A DNA stretch of 64,000 nt from positions 2,538 through 66,537 of the forward strand of contig CAKUCX010000014.1 of assembly GCA_934643865.1 (NCBI GenBank), in the 5' to 3' direction. Below the pieces are notes generated by a model, which did no database searches, had not been told where the DNA came from, and was given only the letters and a program-made list of their open reading frames with translations. Below, piece by piece: positions 1 to 8,360 of this stretch (the stretch's first letter is position 1; each line of letters begins with the position of its first letter). Origin of the DNA: an uncultured Kiritimatiellota bacterium. Its GTDB lineage: Bacteria; Verrucomicrobiota; Kiritimatiellia; RFP12; UBA1067. Position numbers and translations under genes: made by a program.

Positions 1-2530
1 GCTCGGCGTCGCCGCCCTTGTGCCAGCCGTCCTCCTCCATATAGCGCCCGCCGAGGCCGCCCGCGAAGAGGACGTAGGATCCGTGCGTCACGATGTCGTG
101 CCACGGCGTGCGCTCCGCGTCCGCGAAGTTCGCCCGGCCCACGAGCTTCGCCGCGCCGAAGTGGTCGCTCTGCCCGGCGTCCGCCACGCCCACCAGGTGG
201 TCCTGCCCGGCCTCGCTCACGCAGACCGCATCCGGGCGGCCGAAGCCGGCGCGGTACATCTCAAAGCCCTTCGCCCAGTTCGCGGACGTCTCCATCTTCG
301 TGTGGAAGCGCCCCGCGCGGTCGAGGTAGTCGAACGGGCCGTGCGCCGTGAAGACGTCGATGAAGACGGCGTCCGGGTCGTACCCCGCCTTCAGGAGCTT
401 CGCGTTGCGGAGGCACCACGGGTGGAACGCATGCGGCGCCCAGCGGTAGGAGAGCGCGTGGCGGCCGGGATTGAACCACGCCCGCTGCGGCGTGCCGTCG
501 AGGTTGAAGACGACGAGGTCGTAGGAATAGTCGTCGCAATCCGGGTAGATGTCCGTATAGTTGTCGTGCGGACAGAAGAGGATGCCCGCCGCCCGGCACG
601 CTTCCCGCAGCGCGCCGAACGCCGCCGCGTCGCCGCGCGGCGGATAGATCTCCGGCAGCCGGTAGTCGTAGCCCCAGCGCTGCCAGTCGTGCTTCACGAA
701 GATCGCGTCGTTCAGCCCGTACTTCGCGGCCTCGGCGATCCCCTCCGCCGCCTTCGCGTAGTCGCCGCTCCACTGGTCGAGGCACATCCGCGCGCCGAGG
801 CGGCCGAGGCCCGGGCTTCTGCGGTAGCCCGCCACGGCGCGGAAGCGGCGCGCCGCGTCAAAGGCCCCCTTCGACGAAGGGACGAACGTGAAGAGCGCGT
901 CGTGGTGCGCCTCCAGCGCGAAGAGGTGCGCGTCGCCGTCGCACACAAGCCGGTCCGGCGGCACGTCCACGGCCTGGACGACGGAGAGCCCGTTCGCGTA
1001 GTCCGCGCCCACGTGGCGCGTGGAGAGGCCGAACCCGCTCGCGCCGAGCGTGAACTTCTTCGGCCCCTCGATCACGTTGCCGAAACCCGCGTAGACGCGG
1101 AACGGCCTCACGGAGGCGGGGCCCACCGCGATCTTCGTCAGGCGCGGGAAGCCGCAGGCGTCGCGCGTCACGCCGGGAATCGACCACTGGAGGCGCAACG
1201 TCCCCTTCTCCTCCCGGATCTCGGCCGTCGGCAGCTCAAAAACAAAGGGGCAATCTCCCTCTTCGACGTCGGCGGTGAAACCCCGGTAGGCGACCACCTG
1301 CTCGCCGTCGGTGAATGCGAGGACGCCGTCGAGCAGCCCCCGCCCGCCGAACACGACGCCCGCGCCGTAGCGGCGGTCCCCCGCGTCCAGACGCCAGCGG
1401 CAACGGGCGGCGTCCGTTCCGGATTCCAGCGCGGCCTTCGCCGCCGCCACCGCCCGCGCCTCGCGCGCGGCCCAGTCCGCCGCCGTCGGCGGCTGATGGC
1501 GCGCGCCGGCCGTCACCGTCACGTCGCCCCAACCGCCGCCGTCGCAGCACGTGTTCATCTTGGGGCCGGGCCCCGTCCAGAGCCGCAGCGTGATCTTCTT
1601 CCCCGCCCACGGCGAGAGGTCGGCTGTCAGGTCCTGCCACGTCAGGACCTTCGTGACGAGATGGGCGGCGACCTCCTGCGGGGCCTTCCCCTCCTCCAGC
1701 ACGAACACCTTGTACTCCACGCCGTCGGACGGCGGCTGGTCGCCGTTCGAGACGAGGAAGTTCGAGCAGCGGAAGACGATCGGCGTCTCCTTGCCCAACG
1801 TGAGCGGATAGTCGCTCCAGACGAAGCCCGCGCCCTTGCGGTAGGGCGGATGGCTGCGATAGCCGTCCTTCACGACGCCGCCCGCGCTCACACGTCCCTT
1901 CGTCATGCCGCCGCCCCATTCAGCCGCATTTCCGTCTTCGGGCAGTTGGACAACCTTGCCGCCGACCTCAACGCGCGTCGTCCGACGGAAGCCCTGGTCC
2001 AGGCGGAAGACCCCCGGTCCACAGATGTCCTTGGCGGGCATGATCCGCTTCGGACAGGGATTCGCGCGCGGCGCGTCGGGGTTCCGATACATGAAGACGG
2101 CAATCGGATGCGGCGCGTCCTCGGGCTTCACGCCCGTCGGCGTGAAGCGGGCGTGGACGGGGCAGAGCGCGTTGAGCGCGCGCGGGAGGGCGGTTCCCGT
2201 GAACGTGCGCGTACACGTCTCGCGCGGGCCGAGCGTGAGCGCGCCCTGCGCGCCCGCGACCTGCCAGTCGTCGTTCATCCAGACTTCGAGCGTGCCCGCG
2301 ACGGACTTTTCCGTCTTGTTCTCCAGCGTCACGGGAAACGCACGCGGCGCGCCGGCCTTCACCTCCGTGACGCCGAGCGGCCACGCATACGGGTTCGTTC
2401 CCGGCCGCTCCGTCTTCTGCGGAAACGATCCGATCTCGACCCGGACGCCCGCCCGTTCCTCGACGGGCGGCAGATACGCGGAGGCGGCAGTCCATGCCGC
2501 CGCAATGCCGATCATGCACAGCTTTCTCAT
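1..2530 (-). CDS. Secreted glycoside-hydrolase-like protein (family unassigned). Its C-terminus runs off the left window edge. Paralog of the N-terminal half of 31867..36147.
   Basis: Absent from the supplied ORF track because it has no stop in the window. Hand translation of the minus strand from the ATG at 2530..2528 gives MRKLCMIGIAAAWTAASAYLPP (signal-like). The frame stays open for 843 codons down to position 2. Segment MCLDQWSGDYAKAAEGIAEAAKYGLNDAIFVKHDWQRWGYDYRLPEIYPP aligns with FCVDSWNGTFREFGELIRRAADDYGLKDDLLFYAHCWQRHGFDRHLPEVYPP of 31867..36147. Plus-strand ORF 20..2890 is its antisense shadow. Confidence 0.8.
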   Translation of the reverse strand, partial: MRKLCMIGIAAAWTAASAYLPPVEERAGVRVEIGSFPQKTERPGTNPYAWPLGVTEVKAGAPRAFPVTLENKTEKSVAGTLEVWMNDDWQVAGAQGALTLGPRETCTRTFTGTALPRALNALCPVHARFTPTGVKPEDAPHPIAVFMYRNPDAPRANPCPKRIMPAKDICGPGVFRLDQGFRRTTRVEVGGKVVQLPEDGNAAEWGGGMTKGRVSAGGVVKDGYRSHPPYRKGAGFVWSDYPLTLGKETPIVFRCSNFLVSNGDQPPSDGVEYKVFVLEEGKAPQEVAAHLVTKVLTWQDLTADLSPWAGKKITLRLWTGPGPKMNTCCDGGGWGDVTVTAGARHQPPTAADWAAREARAVAAAKAALESGTDAARCRWRLDAGDRRYGAGVVFGGRGLLDGVLAFTDGEQVVAYRGFTADVEEGDCPFVFELPTAEIREEKGTLRLQWSIPGVTRDACGFPRLTKIAVGPASVRPFRVYAGFGNVIEGPKKFTLGASGFGLSTRHVGADYANGLSVVQAVDVPPDRLVCDGDAHLFALEAHHDALFTFVPSSKGAFDAARRFRAVAGYRRSPGLGRLGARMCLDQWSGDYAKAAEGIAEAAKYGLNDAIFVKHDWQRWGYDYRLPEIYPPRGDAAAFGALREACRAAGILFCPHDNYTDIYPDCDDYSYDLVVFNLDGTPQRAWFNPGRHALSYRWAPHAFHPWCLRNAKLLKAGYDPDAVFIDVFTAHGPFDYLDRAGRFHTKMETSANWAKGFEMYRAGFGRPDAVCVSEAGQDHLVGVADAGQSDHFGAAKLVGRANFADAERTPWHDIVTHGSYVLFAGGLGGRYMEEDGWHKGGDAE

Positions 2531-2536
2531 GTCGGC

Positions 2537-2545
2537 AGTATACCA
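2537..2545 (-). promoter_or_regulatory. Extended -10 box TGGTATACT, 6 nt upstream of the ATG at 2530 (leaderless-type promoter)
   Basis: The minus strand reads TTGTGGTATACTGCCgacATG. The 15-mer TTGTGGTATACTGCC (2534..2548) is identical to the one upstream of dapA (9263..9277). Confidence 0.55.
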
Positions 2546-2589
2546 CAAGTCGGCGTGCGCCGCCTGCCGCAGGGCACGCGCACGGGAAG

Positions 2590-2837
2590 GCCGCCGGGAC
2601 GCGGGCCGCCGGGGACGTCGGCCCCTACCATGCCCCACGGGGACGCCCACGGGAACGCCACGGGGACGCGGGCCGCCGAGGACGTCGGCCCCTACCATGC
2701 CCCACCACCGCGTCACCTGGTAGGGCGCGACGTCCCCGGCGCGCCGCGCCAACGGGAACGCCACGGGAACGTCACGGGGACGCCCACGGGAACGCCACGG
2801 GGACGCGGGCCGCCGAGGACGTCGGCCCCTACCATGC
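2590..2837. repeat. REP-like GC-rich palindromic repeat cluster
   Basis: There are three copies of the arm GGGCCGCCG(A/G)GGACGTCGGCCCCTACC and one copy of the roughly complementary arm GGTAGGGCGCGACGTCCCCGGCGCGCC (22/27 matches to the reverse complement by hand alignment). 11-12 nt CACGGGGACGC / CAACGGGAACGC microrepeats are also present. It belongs to the same family as the array at 4656..5530. Confidence 0.85.
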
Positions 2838-2858
2838 GATATCCTGCCACTCGTGGGC

Positions 2859-4493
2859 TTACTTGCTTCCACCCGCAACGGCTTCGCTGAGCCTCTTCAG
2901 ATAGACGTCCAGCGGTCCCCTGTAGCCGATGATCGTCTCGATCTCCGTCTCGCCGTCCGGCTCCAGGATTTTGACGGCCGGCACGCCGCCGCCAAAGCCG
3001 AGGATTTCACGAACCTCGTCGTTCTGGCTCTTCTGGTCGGGCGGCAGAGACGTCTTCCGCGGATCGTCGAGATAGACGAGCACGAGGTTCTGGCGGGCGT
3101 AGCGCTGGAATTTGCTCGACTCCAGCACCTCCCGGCGCAGCCGGATGCAGAACCCGCACCAGTCGCTTCCCGTGTTCAGGACGAACAGCTTCTTCTTCGT
3201 CTTCTGTGCCTCGGCGACGGCCTTCTCCCAGTTCACGAACCAAAAGCGGTTCGGCCCCTTCTTCCAGCGGCGGTCGTTGACGGGCGGCTTCGGCTTGTCC
3301 GCCTTCGCGTCGGCCTCCTTCCCCTCAGCCTCCACGTCCTTCGCCTCCTTCCCGTCTTCGTCGTCCCCCACGCCGACGCCCTTCTCGCCCTTCGCGAAGA
3401 ACCGCACATTGACGTTCGCCTCGCCACCGTCCCACCCGTATCCGTCGGGATCGTCGTCAAGTTCGGGCTCGGTCTGTATCGAAATCTGAACGGCCTTCAA
3501 GTCGCACGTCTTTCCCCGTTCCAACAGGGAGATGAAGGGCTGGAGGACGCCCTTCCCGCGCAGGAGCGAACACGCGCTATGACAAAATGACATGCTTTTG
3601 TCGTATCGTTCGCTGTCATCCCATCCCCACTTGGGGCGAACCCAGATCCGCGCCTCATAGCCTTTCGGGATCTCGTATTCCATCCGAAAGAACACCCGCT
3701 TTCCAAAGGGAACCGTCTGCGGCGTGTCAAGGGGACGGAATTGCCGCGTCTTCAGCTTCTCCGAAGACATCGCCTCCGCAACCGCGATGCCCGTCACGGA
3801 TGCCTTGAAGTCCTCCCGCGTGACGGGCGGAAGTTTGGCCCGTTCCGCCGCAATGGCCGCTGCTGCGGCGGCGTAGCCGGATGCAAAGAGCAGGCGCGTC
3901 TTCTCCTGCCCAGAGGTCTCGCCCCGCTTCGCGCAGATTTCCCTCAGCCGCGCCACGTATTCCGAAACCGTCTGCCCGCCGCCGCCGATCTGCCCCAGCC
4001 GCCGCCCCTGCGCGGTGAAGACCGCCGTGCTGGGGACGCCCCCCGAAAGCTGCAACACCTTCTTGAGCAGCTTGTTGTGTACCTTCTGCGCCGCGCCGAG
4101 CGGATCCCGGTTCGGGCTGTCCAGATAGACGAGGACGAGGTTCGTGCGGGCGAAGTCCAGGAACTGCGGCTTTTCAAGCACGTTCTCGCGCAACTTAATG
4201 CACCAGTGGCACCAGTCGCTCCCCGTACTCAACACGAACAACTTCTTCTTGGTCCGCTTCGCCTCGGCAAGCGCCTTGTCCCAGTTGACGAACCAGTCCT
4301 CGGACGGCCCCGGTCGCCAGTCTACGTCGTCAAGGGGGTCTGTGGCGGAAGCGGGTTCGGCCTGCGTGATAGGCTTCGCATTCCCGCTTGCCCGCGCCGA
4401 CCTACTCGATGTACTCGCCGCCCGGGCCATGTGTCCTGTTCCAGCGGCAATTCCTGCCAAAACAAACATGAGAATCAGCTTCTTGTTCACCAT
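2859..4493 (-). CDS. Secreted protein with two thioredoxin-fold (Thioredoxin_7/DUF255-like) domains
   Basis: The start is ATG at 4493 (MVNKKLILMFVLAGIAAGTG, signal peptide) with a GAAAGG SD 7 nt upstream. There are two CxxC modules with near-identical context: KKKLFVLSTGSDWCHWCIKLRENVLE and KKKLFVLNTGSDWCGFCIRLRREVLE. The track ORF 2859..5528 extends its N-terminus through the repeat array, and that extension is not coding. Confidence 0.85.
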   Translation of the reverse strand: MVNKKLILMFVLAGIAAGTGHMARAASTSSRSARASGNAKPITQAEPASATDPLDDVDWRPGPSEDWFVNWDKALAEAKRTKKKLFVLSTGSDWCHWCIKLRENVLEKPQFLDFARTNLVLVYLDSPNRDPLGAAQKVHNKLLKKVLQLSGGVPSTAVFTAQGRRLGQIGGGGQTVSEYVARLREICAKRGETSGQEKTRLLFASGYAAAAAAIAAERAKLPPVTREDFKASVTGIAVAEAMSSEKLKTRQFRPLDTPQTVPFGKRVFFRMEYEIPKGYEARIWVRPKWGWDDSERYDKSMSFCHSACSLLRGKGVLQPFISLLERGKTCDLKAVQISIQTEPELDDDPDGYGWDGGEANVNVRFFAKGEKGVGVGDDEDGKEAKDVEAEGKEADAKADKPKPPVNDRRWKKGPNRFWFVNWEKAVAEAQKTKKKLFVLNTGSDWCGFCIRLRREVLESSKFQRYARQNLVLVYLDDPRKTSLPPDQKSQNDEVREILGFGGGVPAVKILEPDGETEIETIIGYRGPLDVYLKRLSEAVAGGSK

Positions 4494-4655
4494 TACGTAG
4501 CCTTTCTGGAAAACACCTCGTTTTTTCCTTATTTCCTTATCAGGTAATAAGGCGTCGTCAAGCTCCCGTTCTGACACGTCGTGCATAAAAATCCACACAC
4601 GTCTTATTGTTCTGGAAAGGATTAAACGGAAGGGACGTTTCCGGGATTGTACCGC
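4494..4655 (-). promoter_or_regulatory. AT-richer leader/promoter region of the thioredoxin-like gene
   Basis: Local AT enrichment stands out from the GC-rich surroundings. A -10-like GGTACAAT lies on the minus strand (4646..4653). An inverted repeat CCTTAT-caggta-ATAAGG lies at 4535..4552. The 12-mer ATAAAAATCCAC (4585..4596) is also present at 43308..43319. Confidence 0.35.
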
Positions 4656-5530
4656 CTGGTAGGGCGCGACGTCCCCGGCGCGCCGCGCCAACGGGAACGC
4701 CACGGGGACGCCAACGGAGACGCCACGGGGACGCGGGCCGCCGAGGACGTCGGCCCCTACCATGCCCCACCACCGCGTCATCTGGTAGGGCGCGACGTCC
4801 CCGGCGCGCCGCGTCCACGGGGACGTCACAGGGACGCGGGCCGCCGGGGACGTCGGCCGCGTTGCCCCCGTGCGCGTCATCTGGTAGGGCGCGACATCCC
4901 CGGCGCGCCGCGACAACGGGAACGCCACGGGGACGCCAACGGAGACGCCACGGGGACGCGGGCCGCCGAGGACGTCGGCCCCTACCATGCCCCACCACCG
5001 CGTCATCTGGTAGGGCGCGACGTCCCCGGCGCGCCGCGTCCACGGGGACGTCACAGGGACGCGGGCCGCCGGGGACGTCGGCCGCGTTGCCCCCGTGCGC
5101 GTCATCTGGTAGGGCGCGACATCCCCGGCGCGCCGCGACAACGGGAACGCCACGGGGACGCCAACGGAGACGCCACGGGGACGCGGGCCGCCGAGGACGT
5201 CGGCCCCTACCATGCCCCACCACCGCGTCATCTGGTAGGGCGCGACGTCCCCGGCGCGCCGCGCCCACGGGAACGTCACGGGGACGCCAACGGGAACGCC
5301 ACGGGGACGCGGGCCGCCGAGGACGTCGGCCCCTACCATGCCCCACCACCGCGTCACCTGGTCGGGCGCGACGTCCCCGGCGCGCCGCGCCCACGGGAAC
5401 GCCACGGGAACGCCAACGGGCACGCGGGCCGCCGAGGACGCCAACGGGGACGCCCACGGGAACGCCAACGGGAACGCCACGGGAATGCCACGGGGACGCG
5501 GGCCGCCGGGGACGTCGGCCCCTCCCACGG
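4656..5530. repeat. Tandem array of REP-like composite units (126-bp unit A and 99-bp unit B)
   Basis: CTGGTAGGGCGCGAC unit starts lie at 4656, 4782, 4881, 5007, 5106, 5232 and 5358, giving the order A-B-A-B-A-A-degenerate. Segment 4782..5006 is repeated exactly at 5007..5231 by eye. Each unit carries two imperfectly complementary 27-nt arms centred on GACGTC. Confidence 0.9.
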
Positions 5531-5568
5531 ATGCCCCGTGAACACCATGCGTCCGTGCCGTCCATGGC

Positions 5569-7596
5569 TCACTCCGTTTCGCGCGTCAGCACGTTGCCGC
5601 GCACGACGACGCCCCGCGCCGCCTCGGCGGCCTCGACCTTGGGCAGCACGTTCACGCCCGGCGCACACCGATAGCGGTTGCCTTCGATGAACACGTCCTC
5701 GACGTGCCCGAGGCGGAAGCCGCCCGTGGCCGGGCGAACCGGACGCCGCCCGGTCAACACGATGTCGTTGTCGCGGAAAATGACGTTGCGCCCGAGGTTT
5801 AGCTGCAGCAGGAGACCGGCGGAATCGACGAACGTGCAGTTCTCGATGAGGATGTCGGAGAAGAAGCCCCGGTCGAATCCCGCCGGCAGTTCCGTCGTGA
5901 AGAGACGCTTCGACCCCAGCGGGGCCGGGAAGGAGATGCGTACCAGGAATTCGGGCCAATCGCCCCCCTTCGCCCAGTCTGCGAGCGTCTGGGTGTGTTC
6001 GAAGCGGCAGTTGCGCACGACGACATCGTGCGCGCCGCGCCCCTCGCACCAGAGTTCCCGCGCGTGCGCCGACAGGAAATTCATGCCGCCGCCCGTCCGC
6101 AGAAAGGTACAGTCCTCAATCGTGACGTGGCGCGGCTGGACGATCTCTCGGAAATGCGTGTCGGAGACCGTGCAGCCTTTCATGACGACGTAGTCGCTGC
6201 GGTAGGTGTTGTCGAAGACGAGAAAGTGTTCCCCGTGCAGCGCGGGCAGCGGCGTGTCGAAGACAAGGTCGTCGCCCTCGACGGCGCGCAGGACGGCCGT
6301 CCAGCCCGTCGGCCTGAAGTGCGCGTCGGCCAATTCGATCTCGCTGCCGGGAACGGCGCCGAAATAGGCGTAGCCGCGTTTCTGCGTAATCCGCAGACGG
6401 CGCGCACCGTGCGGCACGCCGAGCGTGAAGCAGTCGTGCCAGTTGAAGCCGTCGTCGTTCTGGAAGGCGATGCGGCAGTCGATGAACTTCGTGTGCCCCT
6501 TTGAGCGGGCGATGTGGTGGCCGTCCGAGGTACAGGACGTGGGTCGTCCCTTCTTCGGCTCGACGTTGACGCGGACAAGCTGCGTGTATTCCGACGCCCC
6601 GTCCACGACGACGCCCATGCCGAAGCAACTGAAGATGTCGATGTCCTCCAGCGTGACATGGCGGTTGGAGAAGAGGTTCACGCCGTTCTTCCCGTAGTAG
6701 GAGTGGAAGAGGCGGTAGCGCAGCCCCAGGGGGATCCCGTCCACCGTCTTGCGGTTGACGTCCGCACCGAAGTAGACGTCGTAGTTGGGCGAGTAGTACT
6801 GGCCCGGTTCCTTGATGCCGGGCCAGATGCGGATGCGCGTGGGCGAGAGCCACGCCATCTTCGTCCCGAAGTGCCCCTCGCAGAGGCCGAAGAGCAAACG
6901 GTTCGGGCGCTCACCCGTCAGGCGCGTCCGGTCGGCGTTGACGGGCGTCATCGTTTGGATCGGCATGGGACGGCCATGCCACGGATGCCCCTGCGGCCAA
7001 CCCTCCAGCTCGACGTCGAACGACGCCGCGCCGGAAGCCGAAGGATCGGGATTCTTGCCCACGACAACGCCGACGTCGCAGAGCGGATCCGTTTCCCAGT
7101 CCCAGTCCATCTTCACGTTCGCGACGAGCGTCCGCACGCAGTTGGAAACGAGAAGGTTGGCGTCGTCGGGCACGCGGTCCGAGTTGGAGAGGTGGTGGCG
7201 GGCGGGCCGCCGGAAGACGAGTTCGGCGCCGCGCCCGTCCAACGTGAAATCGGCGAGATCCGCCACCACAATGCCACGCGCGGCGTCAAAGCACGCATAC
7301 GTGCCGGGGGCCAGTTCAAGACGGCTCGCCTTCACGGCGCGGCAATGCGCGAGGGCGCGGTTGAGCGCCGCGCCGTTGTGGCGGTTCGTCGTCGAGAAAC
7401 CGAAGGCGGCGGCCTTCACGCACGGTCCGCCATGGGGACGGGGACGTTCGATCTCGAACGTCCCGGCGCCCTGGGGGATGCGGACAGGGCGCGCGTCGCC
7501 GCCCTGGCTGTCCGTAACGGGACGATCGGCCGCCCCACCCGCCGAAAGCGCACAGAGCGAGAGCGCCCAGACCATCCCGCACGCAACGCGCATCAT
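5569..7596 (-). CDS. Secreted right-handed beta-helix (pectate-lyase-superfamily-like) glycosidase/lyase candidate
   Basis: The start is ATGATG at 7596 (MMRVACGMVWALSLCALSAG, signal). The N-terminal segment AAFGFSTTNRHNGAALNRALAHCRAVKASRLELAPGTYACF resembles the Pectate_lyase_3 entry motif. It is a clear paralog of the C-terminal ~620 aa of 31867..36147 (e.g. VKMDWDWETDP vs FTMDWDWEADP, and SDGHHIARSKG vs SDGHHVARSKG). The upstream part of track ORF 5569..8208 overlaps dapB and is not coding. Confidence 0.8.
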   Translation of the reverse strand: MMRVACGMVWALSLCALSAGGAADRPVTDSQGGDARPVRIPQGAGTFEIERPRPHGGPCVKAAAFGFSTTNRHNGAALNRALAHCRAVKASRLELAPGTYACFDAARGIVVADLADFTLDGRGAELVFRRPARHHLSNSDRVPDDANLLVSNCVRTLVANVKMDWDWETDPLCDVGVVVGKNPDPSASGAASFDVELEGWPQGHPWHGRPMPIQTMTPVNADRTRLTGERPNRLLFGLCEGHFGTKMAWLSPTRIRIWPGIKEPGQYYSPNYDVYFGADVNRKTVDGIPLGLRYRLFHSYYGKNGVNLFSNRHVTLEDIDIFSCFGMGVVVDGASEYTQLVRVNVEPKKGRPTSCTSDGHHIARSKGHTKFIDCRIAFQNDDGFNWHDCFTLGVPHGARRLRITQKRGYAYFGAVPGSEIELADAHFRPTGWTAVLRAVEGDDLVFDTPLPALHGEHFLVFDNTYRSDYVVMKGCTVSDTHFREIVQPRHVTIEDCTFLRTGGGMNFLSAHARELWCEGRGAHDVVVRNCRFEHTQTLADWAKGGDWPEFLVRISFPAPLGSKRLFTTELPAGFDRGFFSDILIENCTFVDSAGLLLQLNLGRNVIFRDNDIVLTGRRPVRPATGGFRLGHVEDVFIEGNRYRCAPGVNVLPKVEAAEAARGVVVRGNVLTRETE

Positions 7597-8330
7597 CGGG
7601 CGAAGCCCAGCACGTCGCGCATGTCGTACTTGCCGGGCTTCCGTCCGACCGCCCAGAGGGCGGCGCGCAACGCACCCGCCGCAAACGCCTCGCGGCTCTG
7701 CGCGCGGTGCGTGATCTCGACGCGCTCCACGTCGCCCGCGAACATGACGGTGTGGTCGCCCACGACGGAGCCGCCGCGCAGCGCGTGGAGGGCGATCTCG
7801 CCCGCCGGGCGTTCGCCGACGAGGCCCTTCCGCCCGTAGCACGCCACGTCGTCCAGCTTCACGCCGCGCCCCTCGGCAGCGGCGTGCGCGAGCATGAGGG
7901 CCGTCCCCGAGGGGGCGTCCTTCTTGTGGCGGTGGTGCATCTCGACGACTTCGACGTCGTACTGCGGACCCAGCACCGCGGCGGCCTGGCGCACGAGCGC
8001 GAGGAGCAGGTTGACGCCGAGCGAGTAGTTGGCGGCCTGGACGACCGGAATCTTCGCCGTGCAGGCATCCACGCGGGCCTGCTCGTCGGGCGTGAGCCCC
8101 GTCGTGCCGATGACGTAGGCGAGGCCCTGGGCGGCAGCCTTCTCGACATTCGGCGCCACGGCGGCGTGGAACGAGAAGTCCACCACGGCCTCGGTTTCCT
8201 CCGGCCACGTCGTGTCGTAGCCATCCGCGACGTCGATCTGCGCGACGACCGAGAGGGCCGGGTCGGCTCCGGCCAGTTTCACGAGCATCTGCCCCATGCG
8301 CCCTGCGGCGCCCAGAATCGCGACCTTCAT
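7593..8330 (-). CDS. dapB: 4-hydroxy-tetrahydrodipicolinate reductase
   Basis: MKVAILGAAGRMG Rossmann start and the VEMHHRHKKDAPSGTAL signature are present. It lies adjacent to dapA, with a GAAGGGA SD upstream. Confidence 0.95.
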   Translation of the reverse strand: MKVAILGAAGRMGQMLVKLAGADPALSVVAQIDVADGYDTTWPEETEAVVDFSFHAAVAPNVEKAAAQGLAYVIGTTGLTPDEQARVDACTAKIPVVQAANYSLGVNLLLALVRQAAAVLGPQYDVEVVEMHHRHKKDAPSGTALMLAHAAAEGRGVKLDDVACYGRKGLVGERPAGEIALHALRGGSVVGDHTVMFAGDVERVEITHRAQSREAFAAGALRAALWAVGRKPGKYDMRDVLGFAR

Positions 8331-8360
8331 GCGTGTTGTCCCTTCGTCCCGGCGGTTACG

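Noticed and set aside
20-2890. 956-aa plus-strand ORF covering the left end of the window
   Set aside because: Its translation is R/A/V/E/G/P low-complexity with no motifs. The opposite strand encodes a coherent signal-peptide protein homologous to 31867..36147. It is a typical antisense shadow ORF of high-GC DNA.
4494-5528. N-terminal extension of track ORF 2859..5528, plus ORFs 4558..5565, 4607..5674 and 4647..5690 running through the repeat array
   Set aside because: The translations are just periodic images of the DNA repeat (e.g. RRAGDVAPYQMTRWWGMVGADVLGGPRPRG repeated). A good start with SD and signal peptide exists at 4493. The array is read as non-coding.
4656-5530. Possible CRISPR array
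   Set aside because: The sequences between the conserved 27-32-nt blocks are themselves repeated (exact 225-bp duplication, microrepeats) rather than unique spacers. Periods of 126 and 99 bp are far from CRISPR geometry, and no cas genes are present in the window.
5569-8208. Track version of the beta-helix gene with a 200-aa N-terminal extension overlapping dapB
   Set aside because: The extension is low-complexity and overlaps the well-supported dapB frame. The ATGATG at 7596 gives a signal peptide and an ATGA coupling to the dapB stop.
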